Positions 12,443-25,030 of a stretch of 64,000 nucleotides of DNA are shown in pieces. Each line of letters opens with the position of its first letter. Within the stretch, counting starts at the first letter, position 1. The notes beneath the pieces were generated by a model. That model saw only the letters and a program-made list of their open reading frames with translations, was not told the DNA's origin and ran no database searches. The stretch spans positions 65,162,001-65,226,000 of the forward strand of contig CM060733.1 in the NCBI GenBank assembly GCA_030704615.1. The letters run 5' to 3'. The position numbers and the translations under genes were made by a program. Source of the DNA: Takakia lepidozioides (taxonomy: Eukaryota; Plantae; Bryophyta).

Positions 12443-15400
12443 ATGGACTCCCGTGTTTGGGTAAACGTGTACTTCCATCCTGATTCTCTGAAAGCTAAAA
12501 TACCCTGCGACCAAGGATTTGCGATTGTCACTGAGCAGTACTTGTGTGTGAAGTTCGGGCTCTGCCCTGGAACGGTGTTTTTGGAAGAGGAGACGAAGGA
12601 TGCTTATGGATTTTTTATGGAAAGTGTCGTCATTCTGCATGCAGATTTCGGAAAGGGCAAAGAGCGGCTCCCAGCTTCAGAATCCATCCGGTACAGTGCA
12701 ATTGGTGAAATCGTGCCTAAAGAGTTCCCACGTTGGAACTTGGTTGATCCTCCTTCCACAAGAGGGTCTGGCGTGCAAGATGTGAAGTCTGCCATGAAGG
12801 ATGTGGGCACCTCTTCACAAGCAGAGAAGCCCAAACATGTGAAAAGGGAAATCCAGGAAAACAGGGAAACAGTCGTCCACGACTTATCCAGTGACGATGA
12901 AGATTGTATGGTCCTTCCATCGTATGTTTCGAAGTCGTCCGTCACTAGGAGTGTTCAAAAGTCGGCAAACAATGAGCACACACCCTCCGACTCAACTTCC
13001 GTCTGCTCAGTAATCGACATATTGCGGAGGATGAAGACAACGGGTTCCCGCTCCAGTGACCTTCTTAGGCTTGATTACGACAAAACTCCAATCCATTATG
13101 TGGAAACTTTGCCTGATGTTGTGGATGGGAATGCTATCTACGAGTTCCCTCCAGTGCCGCAGGCCCAGACGGCATGCTGGTAGGAATGAACAGGAAACAT
13201 GACGGCCACCCTTGGTGTGTCACCAAAACTTCATCGTCCAACCTGGGTGATGGAGTTCGAGTGAGATATGTATTGTGTGCTGGGCATCTTAAATGTTTCT
13301 TGAGCACATGTTACCATTACACGAGCAAAGGCACCCGGAATGAGACTGACTGGATTGGCAATTCGTCGACCCCATTTTGGCCTCAAGGTAGAGTTCCTGC
13401 AGGGACGTTCAAGTGTGCCCATTGCAACGCAGCCCCTGCGTGTATGGCAGTGTGCGACGCCAAGCAGTACTACGTCGGGACCGTCGGCCCAGCGTGCACC
13501 AGAGCATTCATTCACATCGGAAAGCATGACCACCCCGTCGCCAGAGGCAATTGTAGAGTCGCTTTTCAACAAGCCCACGATATTATCAAGGAGGAGGTGA
13601 GGTTGAGGCCGGGAGCAAAACCAAAGCAAATACAGCTCGCATCCGCACATAGAATTACAATTGTCAGAATAATGTCGGAGGACGGAAGCACAAGAGAGAA
13701 GCTGGGCGAGGGGGACATGAAGGAGCTGCTGGAAGCTGTCTCCCATGTGTGCAGCCCCAATGTCAGGAACCACATTGTCGGCTGCAAGAAACGAATTGGA
13801 AGAGGATCAGACATGCACTCCATCTTAGAAGTGAAGCGCACATGCGGCTACGACTTCATCCAGGGCAACTTCTTTCATGGTCAAGGCTCGGAGACGGACA
13901 GGTGCTTCATATTTAAGATGTCAACGTGTGGACCGGGGAGCGATGTCAATTTGGTGAAGCGGATGACTAGTGGAGACCTCTCAAATTGTTGGGTCATGTT
14001 CGACCACATCAGGCGAATTACCAACCACGATTGGGTGACAATGGGGGCACATGTATACGACCCACATTGCAGAAAGTTGATGACCATTGCTATCTGCGAA
14101 ATGAAAGGAGAAGACACAGATTCGGAGTTGCATATGTGGCGCGGAATTAATGAGCAAATGGCGAGAGCAAAGTTGCCCCCTCCCGATTTTAGGGGCTTCA
14201 TGGCTGACAATGCCCATGCGAATTGGGCTGCAGTGAGGAGGGTATATGGGGACGACCCAAAGACTCCAATGGAAGGTAAGGAGAGATCTTGCGGGTTCCA
14301 CTTCATGCAGAGTTTGACGCAAAACACGAAAAGGTTCGTGGCGTCACGCCACCGGCAGGGTCATATCAGTATGTGCCTTGCGTGGAAAAATGCGAATTCC
14401 ATCGACGAGGCGGAGACCGAGTTTGCAACCAAACGCGCCTGGTGGGTGTCTTCAGGGGCAGTGGATGTGAAAGATCAGCCAGAACTGCAAACGTGGCTTG
14501 CGTGGTGGCACTATAGATTCCGCCAGTTTGGAGACTACATGAGACAGGTAACACATTTTTGTACTTGACAATTGTTCTGTTTTGTGCTTGGACATTCTCC
14601 ACAATGAGTGACATTTCTAATTTCCTTCAACAGGACATGAGCTTGGAGGATGACACGGATATGCCGACGACGAACATGGCCGAATCGGTGCACTCTTCCT
14701 GGCGTGCTTCATCTGCGGCACATCTCGTTGACATGTTGACAGCAACAACAGAAGATATTGTGAGGGCCATCATGCAACAATCTCGTTACTACCAGTTTCT
14801 AGGAGGAAAGCAATGGGGTATCGGACCAGACAGGCAGGAGATGCTGATGAGGGCGGCGCATTGTTCGACCGATCCCAAAAAATGGACTGCTGTATTGCGG
14901 GAAACAATAAGGTCAACGCCGTTACACAGTCGGGGGAACTGCCTGGAGGGCGATGTCCGCAGCCGGCCGGTGAAGAGAAGAATTGAGGACATGCCCGGAG
15001 GTGACGGCAATTCATGGAGATAAGATATGAACATCCGCACTCAACCTCGGGGCGCAACGATGTTGCGTCCCACGCCTCCTCCCAGCAGGACTCGTACCCC
15101 CTCTCCTGCAGCATCCATGGAATCGCTGCCAGACTCGGGACAACATGCCGAGGATGAGCATGCTGCTCTTGTGTGTTCGGCAAGCCCAAGTATGGTGTAC
15201 AAGGCATGCCTGAACCACCAGCAATCTGGCCTGTGACAACTGGTACAGATCTTACCCTGGAGGAGGCAGACGCTCTAGGAAGTGCAGGGTTTCGACTGGT
15301 GGAGAGGACAGACGTTCCACGAAATCCAATTCCCAGTCGTCATCCTCCTCCCACGAGAAGCTCTTCGCCCCGCATACCGGTGGGTGACCCCGCAGCTTGG

Positions 15401-15799
15401 CCCACCCATCGGTGGGGGAAACTGAAAAGACGGCGGCCACCAACAAAGGCAAACGACACCAGGATGGCCAACGCTCTTGCAATGCCCTGCATAGTGCAAG
15501 GTTGCAGGGATGTTCCTCACCCCGGGATGGGCCGCATATTTCAGTTGTCAAGAGCCGGGTCTGCTGCGCGCAGTGTCGTGTATGCAATCACGGTTTCTCA
15601 GTACCCAGCTTGCAACTGTGAGGACTTCCTTGTTATGGAATCGAAGAATGCAGCATACGTCCCCTGAAAACACATTTATTACATTTTTCTGAAGCGCATG
15701 AGTTGCATATCCGCAGTGGACGTCTTCATCCATGCTCCAACACTAAGTTTCAACGAGCTGCACAAGGCCCTACGGCAGGATACAGATCGGACTACTTGA
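12443..15799 (+). pseudogene. MULE-family DDE transposase with N-terminal GCM-like zinc domain and C-terminal SWIM finger
   Basis: GCM-like DGHPW...CAGHLKC...CAHC...IHIGKHDHP. Catalytic motifs VMFD, FMADNA, ERSCGFH (CxxH) and PTTNMAES. SWIM YPACNCEDF...VP*KHIYY. Intron 14548-14633. Frameshifts near 13170 and 15175, stops at 15021 and 15665. Confidence 0.85.
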
Positions 15800-16977
15800 C
15801 ATTCCACATTCGGGAAGGAGAAAGTGGCAATTATATTACATTCATCTTCTTGCACCCTATTTTTTGGTGAGGAATTATACACTTGGTGGTGCCGCACCGC
15901 CATGGCTCCAGGTGCATTTCGGTGCCGCAATACATGAGAATGTGGTTTTTGGCCGTGAATGGCATGGGCATGTTTTTTTTTTTTTTGGTTATGTTTATAA
16001 ATGGATCCGAGGAAAGCATACATTGTGTGGAGATACACGGGTATTGTGGCCTATTTCAACGCCGTTATTGGTCTGTATACTGCATAGTGCTTCCTTGTTA
16101 CTGCTCTTCATTCAATTTGTGGTGATTTCGCAGCCCATTCTGGCGTTTTCGTCCACCTTTATGAGAAGACTCCAATTTGCTACCAATATATTGTCAGTGT
16201 TCTGCAAATGTGATGCCTTTACAAGATTGCTAGTTCTGTGTCCCAGTGGGAAGGGTCCTACTGCACATTCCAGCATTTGCATACTGCACCTTGTGCAAAC
16301 AACAATCCATACGACAAAGGACACGTCCCAGCATACTGGCAGTGAATTACAAAAAACCTTAACAGAAGATTATCCAAGCATGTATATTCCCCATATGGCA
16401 CAGGGAAGCTACTTGATTTCTGAATCAAAATGTATGTGCCATGAGTGTCGGCGAGTCGAAACATGTCTACTCTAGCATGCATGACCTATGGTCCCCTCGC
16501 CCAAGAAGAAGGAACTCGAACTGGCCTCTCAAGGACCTCCTGAGTGACCGGGTGCCGATATTTGAACAAAATGTCAGCGGTTTCTGTCGCCCGGTTGAAA
16601 CTAACGAGGATGTCGTGTTTATCGATAGCGCCCCCTTTGTAGAAGGACATTTTCACAGTGGGCCCTGTGTCCCCCTCCTCCTCATCCTCATAACTGAAGA
16701 GAATGTCCCCACTTTCCGAGCCAGTCCGTCCACGCGTGAAGTTTTCACCTATGCACTCATCATACGTCCACTCGCAACAATTCCAGCGATACAGCAACGC
16801 TGTGCGTGATCTGTTCGGCTCCCACTTAAGCGGAAAGTCCAGGTCCATGATGCGTAGGAACCACCTGCTCCCAGCCGGGGTCCAGGAGAATCGTGCAATC
16901 CTGGAAGAAACTCCATTGCTCTCAGCTGGACAAGTCGAGGATCGTCCCTGTAAACATCTAGGAAGACAATGATGTCG

Positions 16978-17726
16978 TGTCGCGGCCCTTTGCCTTGAGG
17001 GCAGGGGGTCGGGACACATCAGGGGCTGCCCCTGTGGTGGGGGCAGCGGCAGCGATAGGTATGGGGGGGCTGAGGCACCCTTGAGTGCCCAAGGCACTCA
17101 GGGAAGCGGAGGCGCTCACTAGGTGGAGCCCCGCACACCGGGTTGCGGTGGGGGTGGCTCCACAAGCGGTGGGGTTGGCTCCACAAGGGGTGGTGGTAGC
17201 TTAGTGGGACTTAGTGGGGGTGGCATAGGACTCACCATGGGGGCGGAGACCTCGTGGTGGGAGTCGTGGGGAGTCTTGGGACTCATCACGGTCCATAGGG
17301 GCCGTGGTGAGCGGGCCAAGACTCACCGCGACTCACCACCGGGAGTCGAGGGTTTTCGTGGTGGTTCGCCATAAAATGGCATGGCTGGTTGTGGAACCCC
17401 CGCGGACAGCTACAGAAGTATATATAGGGAGTAGTAACCCCGAGAACGGTGCAAGCCCGTTGGTGACCAAAAACTAGTGAGTAAGCGAGCGAGCCGGAAA
17501 GCGACCAAAGAGTGGGGAGCTGTTCCGGACTGCCATCTACCAAAGGGAATTCTCCTAGTCCCAAAGAGGTGGAGGGTTTAGAAGGAAGCGAAGGGGGGAC
17601 CGTTATGTCCCGGTGAGCAGCCGAAGCTCCAAGTTGGCCCGGGCGGCCAGGTTGGGAGTCAGGCGCGCGCATCAAAGCGAGTAACTATGACTTGAAGGGG
17701 AGCTTACCGGAGTGAGGTGTGCGACA
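16978..17726 (+). repeat. 5' LTR (749 bp)
   Basis: By eye it differs from the 3' LTR only by a 2-nt poly-G indel and a 3-nt indel. TATATA box near 17419. Confidence 0.95.
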
Positions 17727-17781
17727 TTTGGTATCAGAGCTTAGAGTTCAGTACGCGATCGTCCGTGGGATTGGCCTCATC

Positions 17782-20700
17782 ATGGGGTCGGGCAAGCCGA
17801 AGCGAAAGCGGAACGGCCCAAAAGATGATGATCCCGGTGAGCCCGATGGGGGCGACGTGTCACCGAGGCGGCCGTTTGAGGAAGCGATGAATGTTTCCGA
17901 AAACGAGGCCGCTCAGGAGCGGGAGGAATCCGAGGAGTCGGAGCCCGAGGAATCCTTGAGAGCTCCGACAAACCAAGAGATGCCTCCCATGCCGGCAGCC
18001 TTTTGGGAAGGGTTGTTGGCGCAGTTTGGCGGGACGTTGAAAGACGTGTTGAAGGCGGCTAATGCCACTTCCACTAAGGCAAAGTTTAAGGTGAAGCCTA
18101 AGGAACCCGGCACCTTCGAGGGCGTTCGAAACCGGAAGGCACTCAACACCTGGCTCCTGGAGCTAGAGCAGTACTTCCGGGCGGCCAAGTTGAGTGACGA
18201 GGATCGGGTGGAAGTGGCTCCCACCTATTTGAGGGGCTATGCTCAACAATGGTGGCAGAAACGCCTTCACGACCGAGGCCCAAACCCGGAACCTTGAACT
18301 GGAGTGGGTTCAAGGAATTGATGAAGAGACAGTTTGTGCCCCTCAACGCGTCCTGGCTTGCCCGGGACAAGATGAGGAATTTGAAGCAAACAGATGACAT
18401 TCGGGGGTACGTCCAGGCTTTCAATGTGCTGTTGCTCGAAGTCGCGGACATGGCAGAACCAGAAATGGTCTTCAACTTTGTGGCGGGACTGGCCCCATGG
18501 GCCAGGCGGAAGTTGGAGGAGAAGCCACCCAAGACTTTGAACGAGGCAATTGAGAGGGCTGAATGTTTCTCGGATGTCCCTAGGGGTGAAAGACAAGGCC
18601 GTACGGAGCTGAACCACAAGAAGACCCGGCGGGAAGGTGACTCCTTCCGACGGAAAAGAAGTGGGATAGGCCACGCGGCAATAATGGCATGTGGAAATCG
18701 AAGGGAGGGCCTTCGTACGTCAAGGCGGCACCCGGTGCTCCGAAAGGAAAAGCGGGTGGAGCGGCTTATGGCGGACAGAAGGCGACCTTTGATGGAGTGT
18801 GTTTCAATTGCGGGGAGCCCGGGCACATGGCCAAGAAGTGCACGAAGCCCCGGCAATTGAACATGACTCGGGCGACCACGGAGCTGTCAGAAGATACCAT
18901 CAGTCGCTTGGTGGAAGCGGTAGTCGCCAGGACTTGCAAGGTAGGCAACTATTCTTGTGAGTTGTATCAGGAAACTGGCGCCCTGCGAAAAGGGAGTCAA
19001 TTATTGTTCGTGGATGGGATAATATCCGGAACTAACGTGTCGTTGTTGGTGGACACAGGAGCGTCGCACTCCTTCATGACGCCGGTGGCGGCGCGAAAGT
19101 TGGGACTCCCGACAAGTGACGTGGGGGCCTCTATTGAGGTGCGCTCTGCCAAAGGAGAACCTCAGTTGGCGACAAGGTTGGCGTTTGATGTTCCTCTTCA
19201 ACTGGGGAGTTGGGAGGGACGTGAGAACTTCACTATCTGCGAGATCGATGGAGTGGATCTCATTTTAGGGATGACCTTTTTGAGCAAATCCGGAGCGGTC
19301 ATAGATGGCCGCAAGAGAGTAGTCACGCTGCCATGTGGGAATGGTGGCGAGGTTTTACGAGTGTCGGAAACGCCCAAATCCGTGGGAGGGCGAATAAACC
19401 TTCTATCAGCAAAGGAGTGGGCCGTGGAGGAGGCACACGAGTCCCAGTTTTTGCTTTACATTAGAGAAGTGAAAGGAGAAGGCGATGGGGAGCCGAGCCC
19501 AGATTGGATCAAGGGGATTTTGGAGAAATACCAGGATGTGATGCCGGAGGATTTACCAAGCGGCTTGCCACCGCGAAGAGGAGTTGACCACAAGATTGAG
19601 GTGATACCGGGATCGGGACCGCCTGCCAAGGCGCCCTACCGGTTGAGCCACAGAGAGTTGGTCGAGCTGAAGACTCAGCTCAAGGATCTAATGTCAAAGG
19701 GGTACATCCGGCCGAGTAAGTCACCTTACGGAGCCCCGGTGCTATTTGCAGACAAGAAGGATGGGACGCTGCGGATGTGTGTCGATTACAGGGCTCTGAA
19801 TAAGGTGACTATCAAAAACCGGTACCCTTTGCCAAGGATCGACGACCTCTTCGATCGGTTGGCAGGAGCGAAGTATTTCAGCCGGATCGACTTGCGCTCC
19901 GGCTATCACCAAATTCGGGTGGCAGAAGGAGATGAGGAGAAGACCGCGTGCAGGACAAGGTATGGTTCATATGAGTTCTTGGTGATGCCTTTTGGGCTCA
20001 CCAATGCACCAGCGACATTTAGCACGCTGATGAACAGCCTTTTCCAGGAGTGGTTGGATGACTTTGTGATCGTGTACATCGACGACATCTTGGTGTACTC
20101 GAAAACAAAGGAGGAGCACCTGGAGCACCTCAAAAGGGTGTTCCAAAAATTGCGAGAAGGGAAGCTGTATGCCAAAGCTTCAAAGTGCGAATTCGGGGTC
20201 ACAAAAGTGGAGTTCTTGGGGCATGTGATTACACAGGATGGGATCAAAATGGATGACAGAAAGGTGAGGGCGATCTTGGACTGGGAGCCTCCGACTTCGG
20301 TCCCGGGAGTGCGATCCTTCCTAGGACTCGCCTCCTATTACCGGAAGTATGTGAGAAATTTCGCCAAGATCGCGGGGCCGCTGTCGGACCTTCTGTGTAA
20401 ATCCAAAGTCTGGGTATGGAACACATTTTGTGGCCAAGCTTTTGCTGAATTGAAGCAGCGGATGACGGAAGCTCCAGTCTTGAAAATCCCGGAGTTCGAT
20501 CGTCCGTTTGAGATTCATACAGATGCATCGGACTTCGCAATTGGGGTGTACTTATGCAAGATGGACGTCCAGTGGCTTACGAAAGTAAGAAACTGAATGA
20601 AGTGGAGCGACGGTGGCCGACGCACGAAAAAGAGATGAAGGCGGTGGTGCATTGCCTTGAACTCTGGCGCCACTATGTTGGTTCCAACCCAGTGAAGGTG

Positions 20701-22341
20701 TTCACGGACAATGTCACGGTGAAGTATTTTGCCACGCAGCCCAAGTTGTCCCCAAAACAACTTAGGTGGCAAGATACTTTGGCAGTGTTCGACGTGGATA
20801 TCCAGTACAAACCGGGACGGGACAATGTGGTGGCCGATGCTTTAAGTAGAAAGCAGCAGCTCTTGTTGGTGTACAAGGGCGAGACGGCGCTCCAAAGGAA
20901 GATCCGGAAGGCTTGCCGGAAGGATGAGCTGGCAAAGTGCGTGATGCAGGACTTGAGAATGGGGGTTAAATCGCAGTTCCACTTGCAAAACGGACTGCTC
21001 CGGTATAAGCAAAAACGTCTCTATGTGCCAAAGGGAGGGATCAGGGATAGTCTCTTGAGAGAATGCCATGATAGCCCGCTTGCGGGCCACGGTGGAGCCA
21101 AGCGCACTGCGGCACTCTTGAAGAAAGAATATTTCTGGCCCAAACTGAGGGAGGAGGCAGAGGAGTATGTCAAGACATGCACCACATGCCAACAAAACTG
21201 GAGCGAGTACAAAAAGCAAGCGGGGCTGTTACAACCCTTGCCGATTCCAGAGGGGACTTGGGAAAGCGTCTCGATGGATTTCATGACTGCTATGCCGCTG
21301 TCAAAAGGATTCGATGCAATCATGGTGGTGGTAGATAGGTTCAGTAAAATGGCCCATTTCATCCCCACCAAGGAGACGGCAACGGCGCAGGAGACAGGGC
21401 GACTTTACTTCGCCCACGTCTTAAAGCATCATGGAGTCCCGAAGGATATTGTCTCGGACCGCGATCCAAAGTTTACGAGTAAATTCTGGAGAGCACTTTG
21501 GAAGAAGATGGGGACGAGGCTGAAGATGAGCACCGCCTTCCGACCTACGACGGACGGCCAAACGGAAAGAGTGAATTCCGTAGTGAAGCAATTCTTGCGG
21601 AATTACGTGTCGGCAGACCAATCAGACTGGATGGAACACTTAGACGCGGCAGAGTTCTGTTATAATAACACAGAACACTCCGCGACGGGAGTTTCCCCTT
21701 TTGTGTTGGTCTATGGAAAAGCACCTCTGGTGCCGACAAGTTGGGCCGCCCAGGACGTTGAGGAACCGGCAGTAGCGGCGGTACTGGAAGAACGCGAGCG
21801 TTTGTTGAAGCTCGCAAAGTACAACATTGCCAAAGCTAGGAAACGGTATGAAAGGCAGGCGAATCGGAAGCGGAGGGAAGTGAAGTTTGAGGCAGGCACA
21901 GAGGTCTGGTTGAACATCAAGAATTTTCGACTACCTCCGGAAGTGAGTCCGAAGTTCGTACCTCCGTATGCGGGTCCCTTTCGCATTCGGAGGGTTATGA
22001 ATGAGGATGTGTATGAATTGGAGCTGCCGGCAAACAGCAAGGTGCACCCAGTATTCCATGTCTCCCTTTTGAAGCCTTACTTCAAAGATGAAGCACGTCC
22101 GAATCGGCAGCAAGTGTTGCGTCCGCCACCTGTGCTGTTGGATCATGAAAATGAACCTGAGTACGAGGTGGAGGCAATACTTAAGTCGAGGAGGTTCAAG
22201 AACCGAGAAACGGAGTATCTCGTCAAATGGAAGGGCTATCATCTTGTGGAGGCATCTTGGGTGCGTGCCTCAGAAATGGGAAACGCATCCGAGGCAGTTG
22301 CAGCGTTCGAAGGGCGACCTCAAAAGCGGAAGAAACGTTGA
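17782..22341 (+). CDS. gag-pol polyprotein with three frameshifts (near 18270, 18690 and 20545)
   Basis: Gag [10 protein letters not shown]; zinc knuckle [14 protein letters not shown]; protease [10 protein letters not shown]; RT YIDD; RNase H TDASD...[11 protein letters not shown]; integrase HHCC, DDE and GPF; chromodomain EYEVEAIL...YLVKWKGY...SW. Confidence 0.95.
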
Positions 22342-23245
22342 TGGGGACATCAACCTTGGAGCGTGGGGGAGGAAATGCATGCTTAGCCCGGTTTAGCTAG
22401 CTCAGGAATCCGATTGCAAAAACTTGTATTGTACAAACATTTGTTATAAAGGAAATGGGTTCCAAATATTGTGCGTCCTATTGTGTTTGGAATGGTGATG
22501 CATGGTGTGTTTGGCTAGTGTGTAGAATGCATGCTAGCTTACAAAAGTGGGAGAGGTAAATTGGGTAATCGTGTGTTTGCGCAGTGCCGAAATCGGGTGA
22601 CTCCCATCCCAGGGGCAAGGAAACTTGCGCCTTCTTTGGGAGTTCACGTGCTAGTGCGCACCTGGCGCGTGCGCGTACTATAACTGCGCTACCGAGGGGG
22701 TTGCCTTGTAGTGCGGCTAACGCGGAAGCTACGTGCTTCCGTTCACGTACTATAATCGTGTAACCTCGGGACGAAGTCGTAGTGCGGCTTCGACGTGTTT
22801 CCCGTACCTCAGGCCAGCATTCCAAGGCGGACCCAATTGTAGTGATTGGGGCGCACGGTTGGTTCAAGGTTATCTTCCTAGTCAAAGAGGGTTCCAGGTG
22901 AACCCTTGCTCAAAGTGATGCCAAAAGCGGCATCATGAGCGATCGCAAGCAATGTTGTTGCAGTAAGGCGATTCGATCCTCGGGAGGATCGTTCCTTGGC
23001 CTTGAAGTAGGCCAAGAAGAGTGCACTGAGAGGAGCTGGAGAGGCTCCACCCTTGGCCGGGACTTGGAGGAAGTCGGCCGAACTAGCTAGTGGAGAGTAG
23101 AGTCAAGTGTGGGGTTTGGTTCTTTGCCATGGGACGCCATGGTACAGAAACAAACTCCTTGATGTGGGACGCCACAACTTGGATGTTCGTTTCTACAAAA
23201 TGGACAAGTCGATGAGGACATCGACTCCCTGTTGGTAGGGGTGTG

Positions 23246-23989
23246 TGTCGCGGCCCTTTGCCTTGAGGGCAGGGGGTCGGGACACATCAGGGGCTGCCCC
23301 TGTGGTGGGGGCAGCGGCAGCGATAGGTATGGGGGCTGAGGCACCCTTGAGTGCCCAAGGCACTCAGGGAAGCGGAGGCGCTCACTAGGTGGAGCCCCGC
23401 ACACCGGGTTGCGGTGGGGGTGGCTCCACAAGCGGTGGGGTTGGCTCCACAAGGGGTGGTGGTAGCTTAGTGGGACTTAGTGGGGGTGGCATAGGACTCA
23501 CCATGGGGGCGGAGACCTCGTGGTGGGAGTCGTGGGTCTTGGGACTCATCACGGTCCATAGGGGCCGTGGTGAGCGGGCCAAGACTCACCGCGACTCACC
23601 ACCGGGAGTCGAGGGTTTTCGTGGTGGTTCGCCATAAAATGGCATGGCTGGTTGTGGAACCCCCGCGGACAGCTACAGAAGTATATATAGGGAGTAGTAA
23701 CCCCGAGAACGGTGCAAGCCCGTTGGTGACCAAAAACTAGTGAGTAAGCGAGCGAGCCGGAAAGCGACCAAAGAGTGGGGAGCTGTTCCGGACTGCCATC
23801 TACCAAAGGGAATTCTCCTAGTCCCAAAGAGGTGGAGGGTTTAGAAGGAAGCGAAGGGGGGACCGTTATGTCCCGGTGAGCAGCCGAAGCTCCAAGTTGG
23901 CCCGGGCGGCCAGGTTGGGAGTCAGGCGCGCGCATCAAAGCGAGTAACTATGACTTGAAGGGGAGCTTACCGGAGTGAGGTGTGCGACA
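23246..23989 (+). repeat. 3' LTR (744 bp)
   Basis: Copy of 16978-17726, preceded by a short purine-rich tract GGTAGGGG. Confidence 0.95.
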
Positions 23990-24284
23990 TGTCGTTTGCT
24001 TTCGGGACAATGACTCCCGTCTGGCATCGATAGATGTGATTCGGGCACGACATGGCCTCACGACACAGCAAGAATTCAGAGCAGGGAGGAGATGGGCACA
24101 ACAAAGAAGAGTGAAGAGCAAAATGAGAGCGAGGCCGGCGGAAGAGGGATATATCATTGCTGTACTGCCAATGTCGTATGCACCAGAACTTCTATTTCCT
24201 CTGACATGTGTGCTTTTATTAGACAAATCTGCACCAGTTTGAGGAGAGTTTGCAAAACTCCCTCACCGTAGGGCGGGTATTTGC

Positions 24285-24770
24285 TCTCCGGAGCCCAATT
24301 TCGGCGCCGTTATTGGATGGACTGCGGAAGCTTCAGCCGAGAATTTTGTTTCCGGAGCCCAATTTCGGCGCCGTTATTGGTTGCACTCCCCAGCCTTCAG
24401 CCGGGTATTTGGTTTCCAGACCCCAAATTTCGGCGCCGTTATCGGCTGCACTCCGGTGGCTTCAGCCGAGTATTTGGTTTCCGGGGCCCAATTTCGGCGC
24501 CGTTATTGGCTGCACTCCAGAGGCTTCAGCCGGGTATTTGGTTGGTGGAGCCCAATTTCGGCACCGTTATTGGCTTCACTCCCGAGCCTTCAGCCGGCTA
24601 TTTCTTTTCCTGTGCCCAATTACGGCGCCGTTATACCCAACCATCCTGCACTTCTGCAACAGTACTATCCACGGTTATAGGTCGCCATTGCGTTTTCGGA
24701 GTCTGCAAACCCGGATCCTAATTCCGCTTGCGTCTCTTCCTCTGGGATAATTTCGGTGCCGTTATTGCCC
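24285..24770. repeat. 64-65-bp tandem repeat with quasi-palindromic core AATTTCGGCGCCGTTATT (6 units plus 1 isolated core)
   Basis: Cores near 24297, 24361, 24426, 24490, 24554, 24618 and 24749. Shares the TTTCGGCGCCG core and the period with the 10.9-12.3 kb array. Confidence 0.9.
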
Positions 24771-24799
24771 AGAATTCAGTTTTTCTATGACCTGGCCTG

Positions 24800-25030
24800 G
24801 CGGTCCATGAGCCTGGGCTCCAAGTCATGAGCGGACACTGGTACTTATGAACGGAGTGCTTCCAGCATGAGCGCGGAAATCTTCGAAAACCTTCTCTTCT
24901 TATACTACTTTCGATTATTTTATAGTTTTGGGCCCGAAAAAAATCTGCTGAAATTCAAAGTGTGTTACTTTGCGGCTCATGGGTGAGCCATGCCCGCTCA
25001 TGAGCTCATGAGCTCATGGAATAGCAACCC
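24800..25030. repeat. CATGAG/CTCATG subterminal repeats and putative element terminus (rc GGGTTGCTATTCCATGAGCTCATGAG)
   Basis: About eight CATGAG/CTCATG motifs ending at ...AATAGCAACCC. Coding-like sequence starts abruptly afterwards. Confidence 0.5.

Larger units (their letters stand above)
16978..23989 (+). mobile_element. Full-length Ty3/gypsy chromoviral LTR retrotransposon (Galadriel-like)
   Basis: LTRs 16978-17726 and 23246-23989 with TGTCGC...GCGACA ends. 5-bp TSD TGTCG at 16973-16977 and 23990-23994. PBS TGGTATCAGAGC at 17729-17740. Domain order gag-PR-RT-RH-IN-chromodomain. Confidence 0.97.
16486..24157 (-). pseudogene. Unidentified cargo ORF split by the gypsy insertion (coding parts 24157-23990 and 16977-16486)
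   Basis: ATG at 24157 with a hydrophobic N-terminus (MIYPSSAGLALILLFTLLCCAH). Open frames continue across the TGTCG TSD into a ~160-aa open stretch. Frameshifts are required and no family is recognised. Confidence 0.3.
8207..25030. mobile_element. Large Mutator-like (MULE) element with accessory genes and a nested gypsy insertion
   Basis: Contains a GCM-MULE-SWIM transposase, a ParB-like gene and related TTCGGCGCCG arrays on both sides of the gypsy insertion. Terminus-like end ...CTCATGAGCTCATGGAATAGCAACCC at 25030. No partner TIR was found in the window. Confidence 0.6.

Noticed and set aside
17119-17374. Pro-rich and Gly-rich ORFs (extensin-like), duplicated at 23385-23637
   Set aside because: Translations of the G-rich LTR, not genes.
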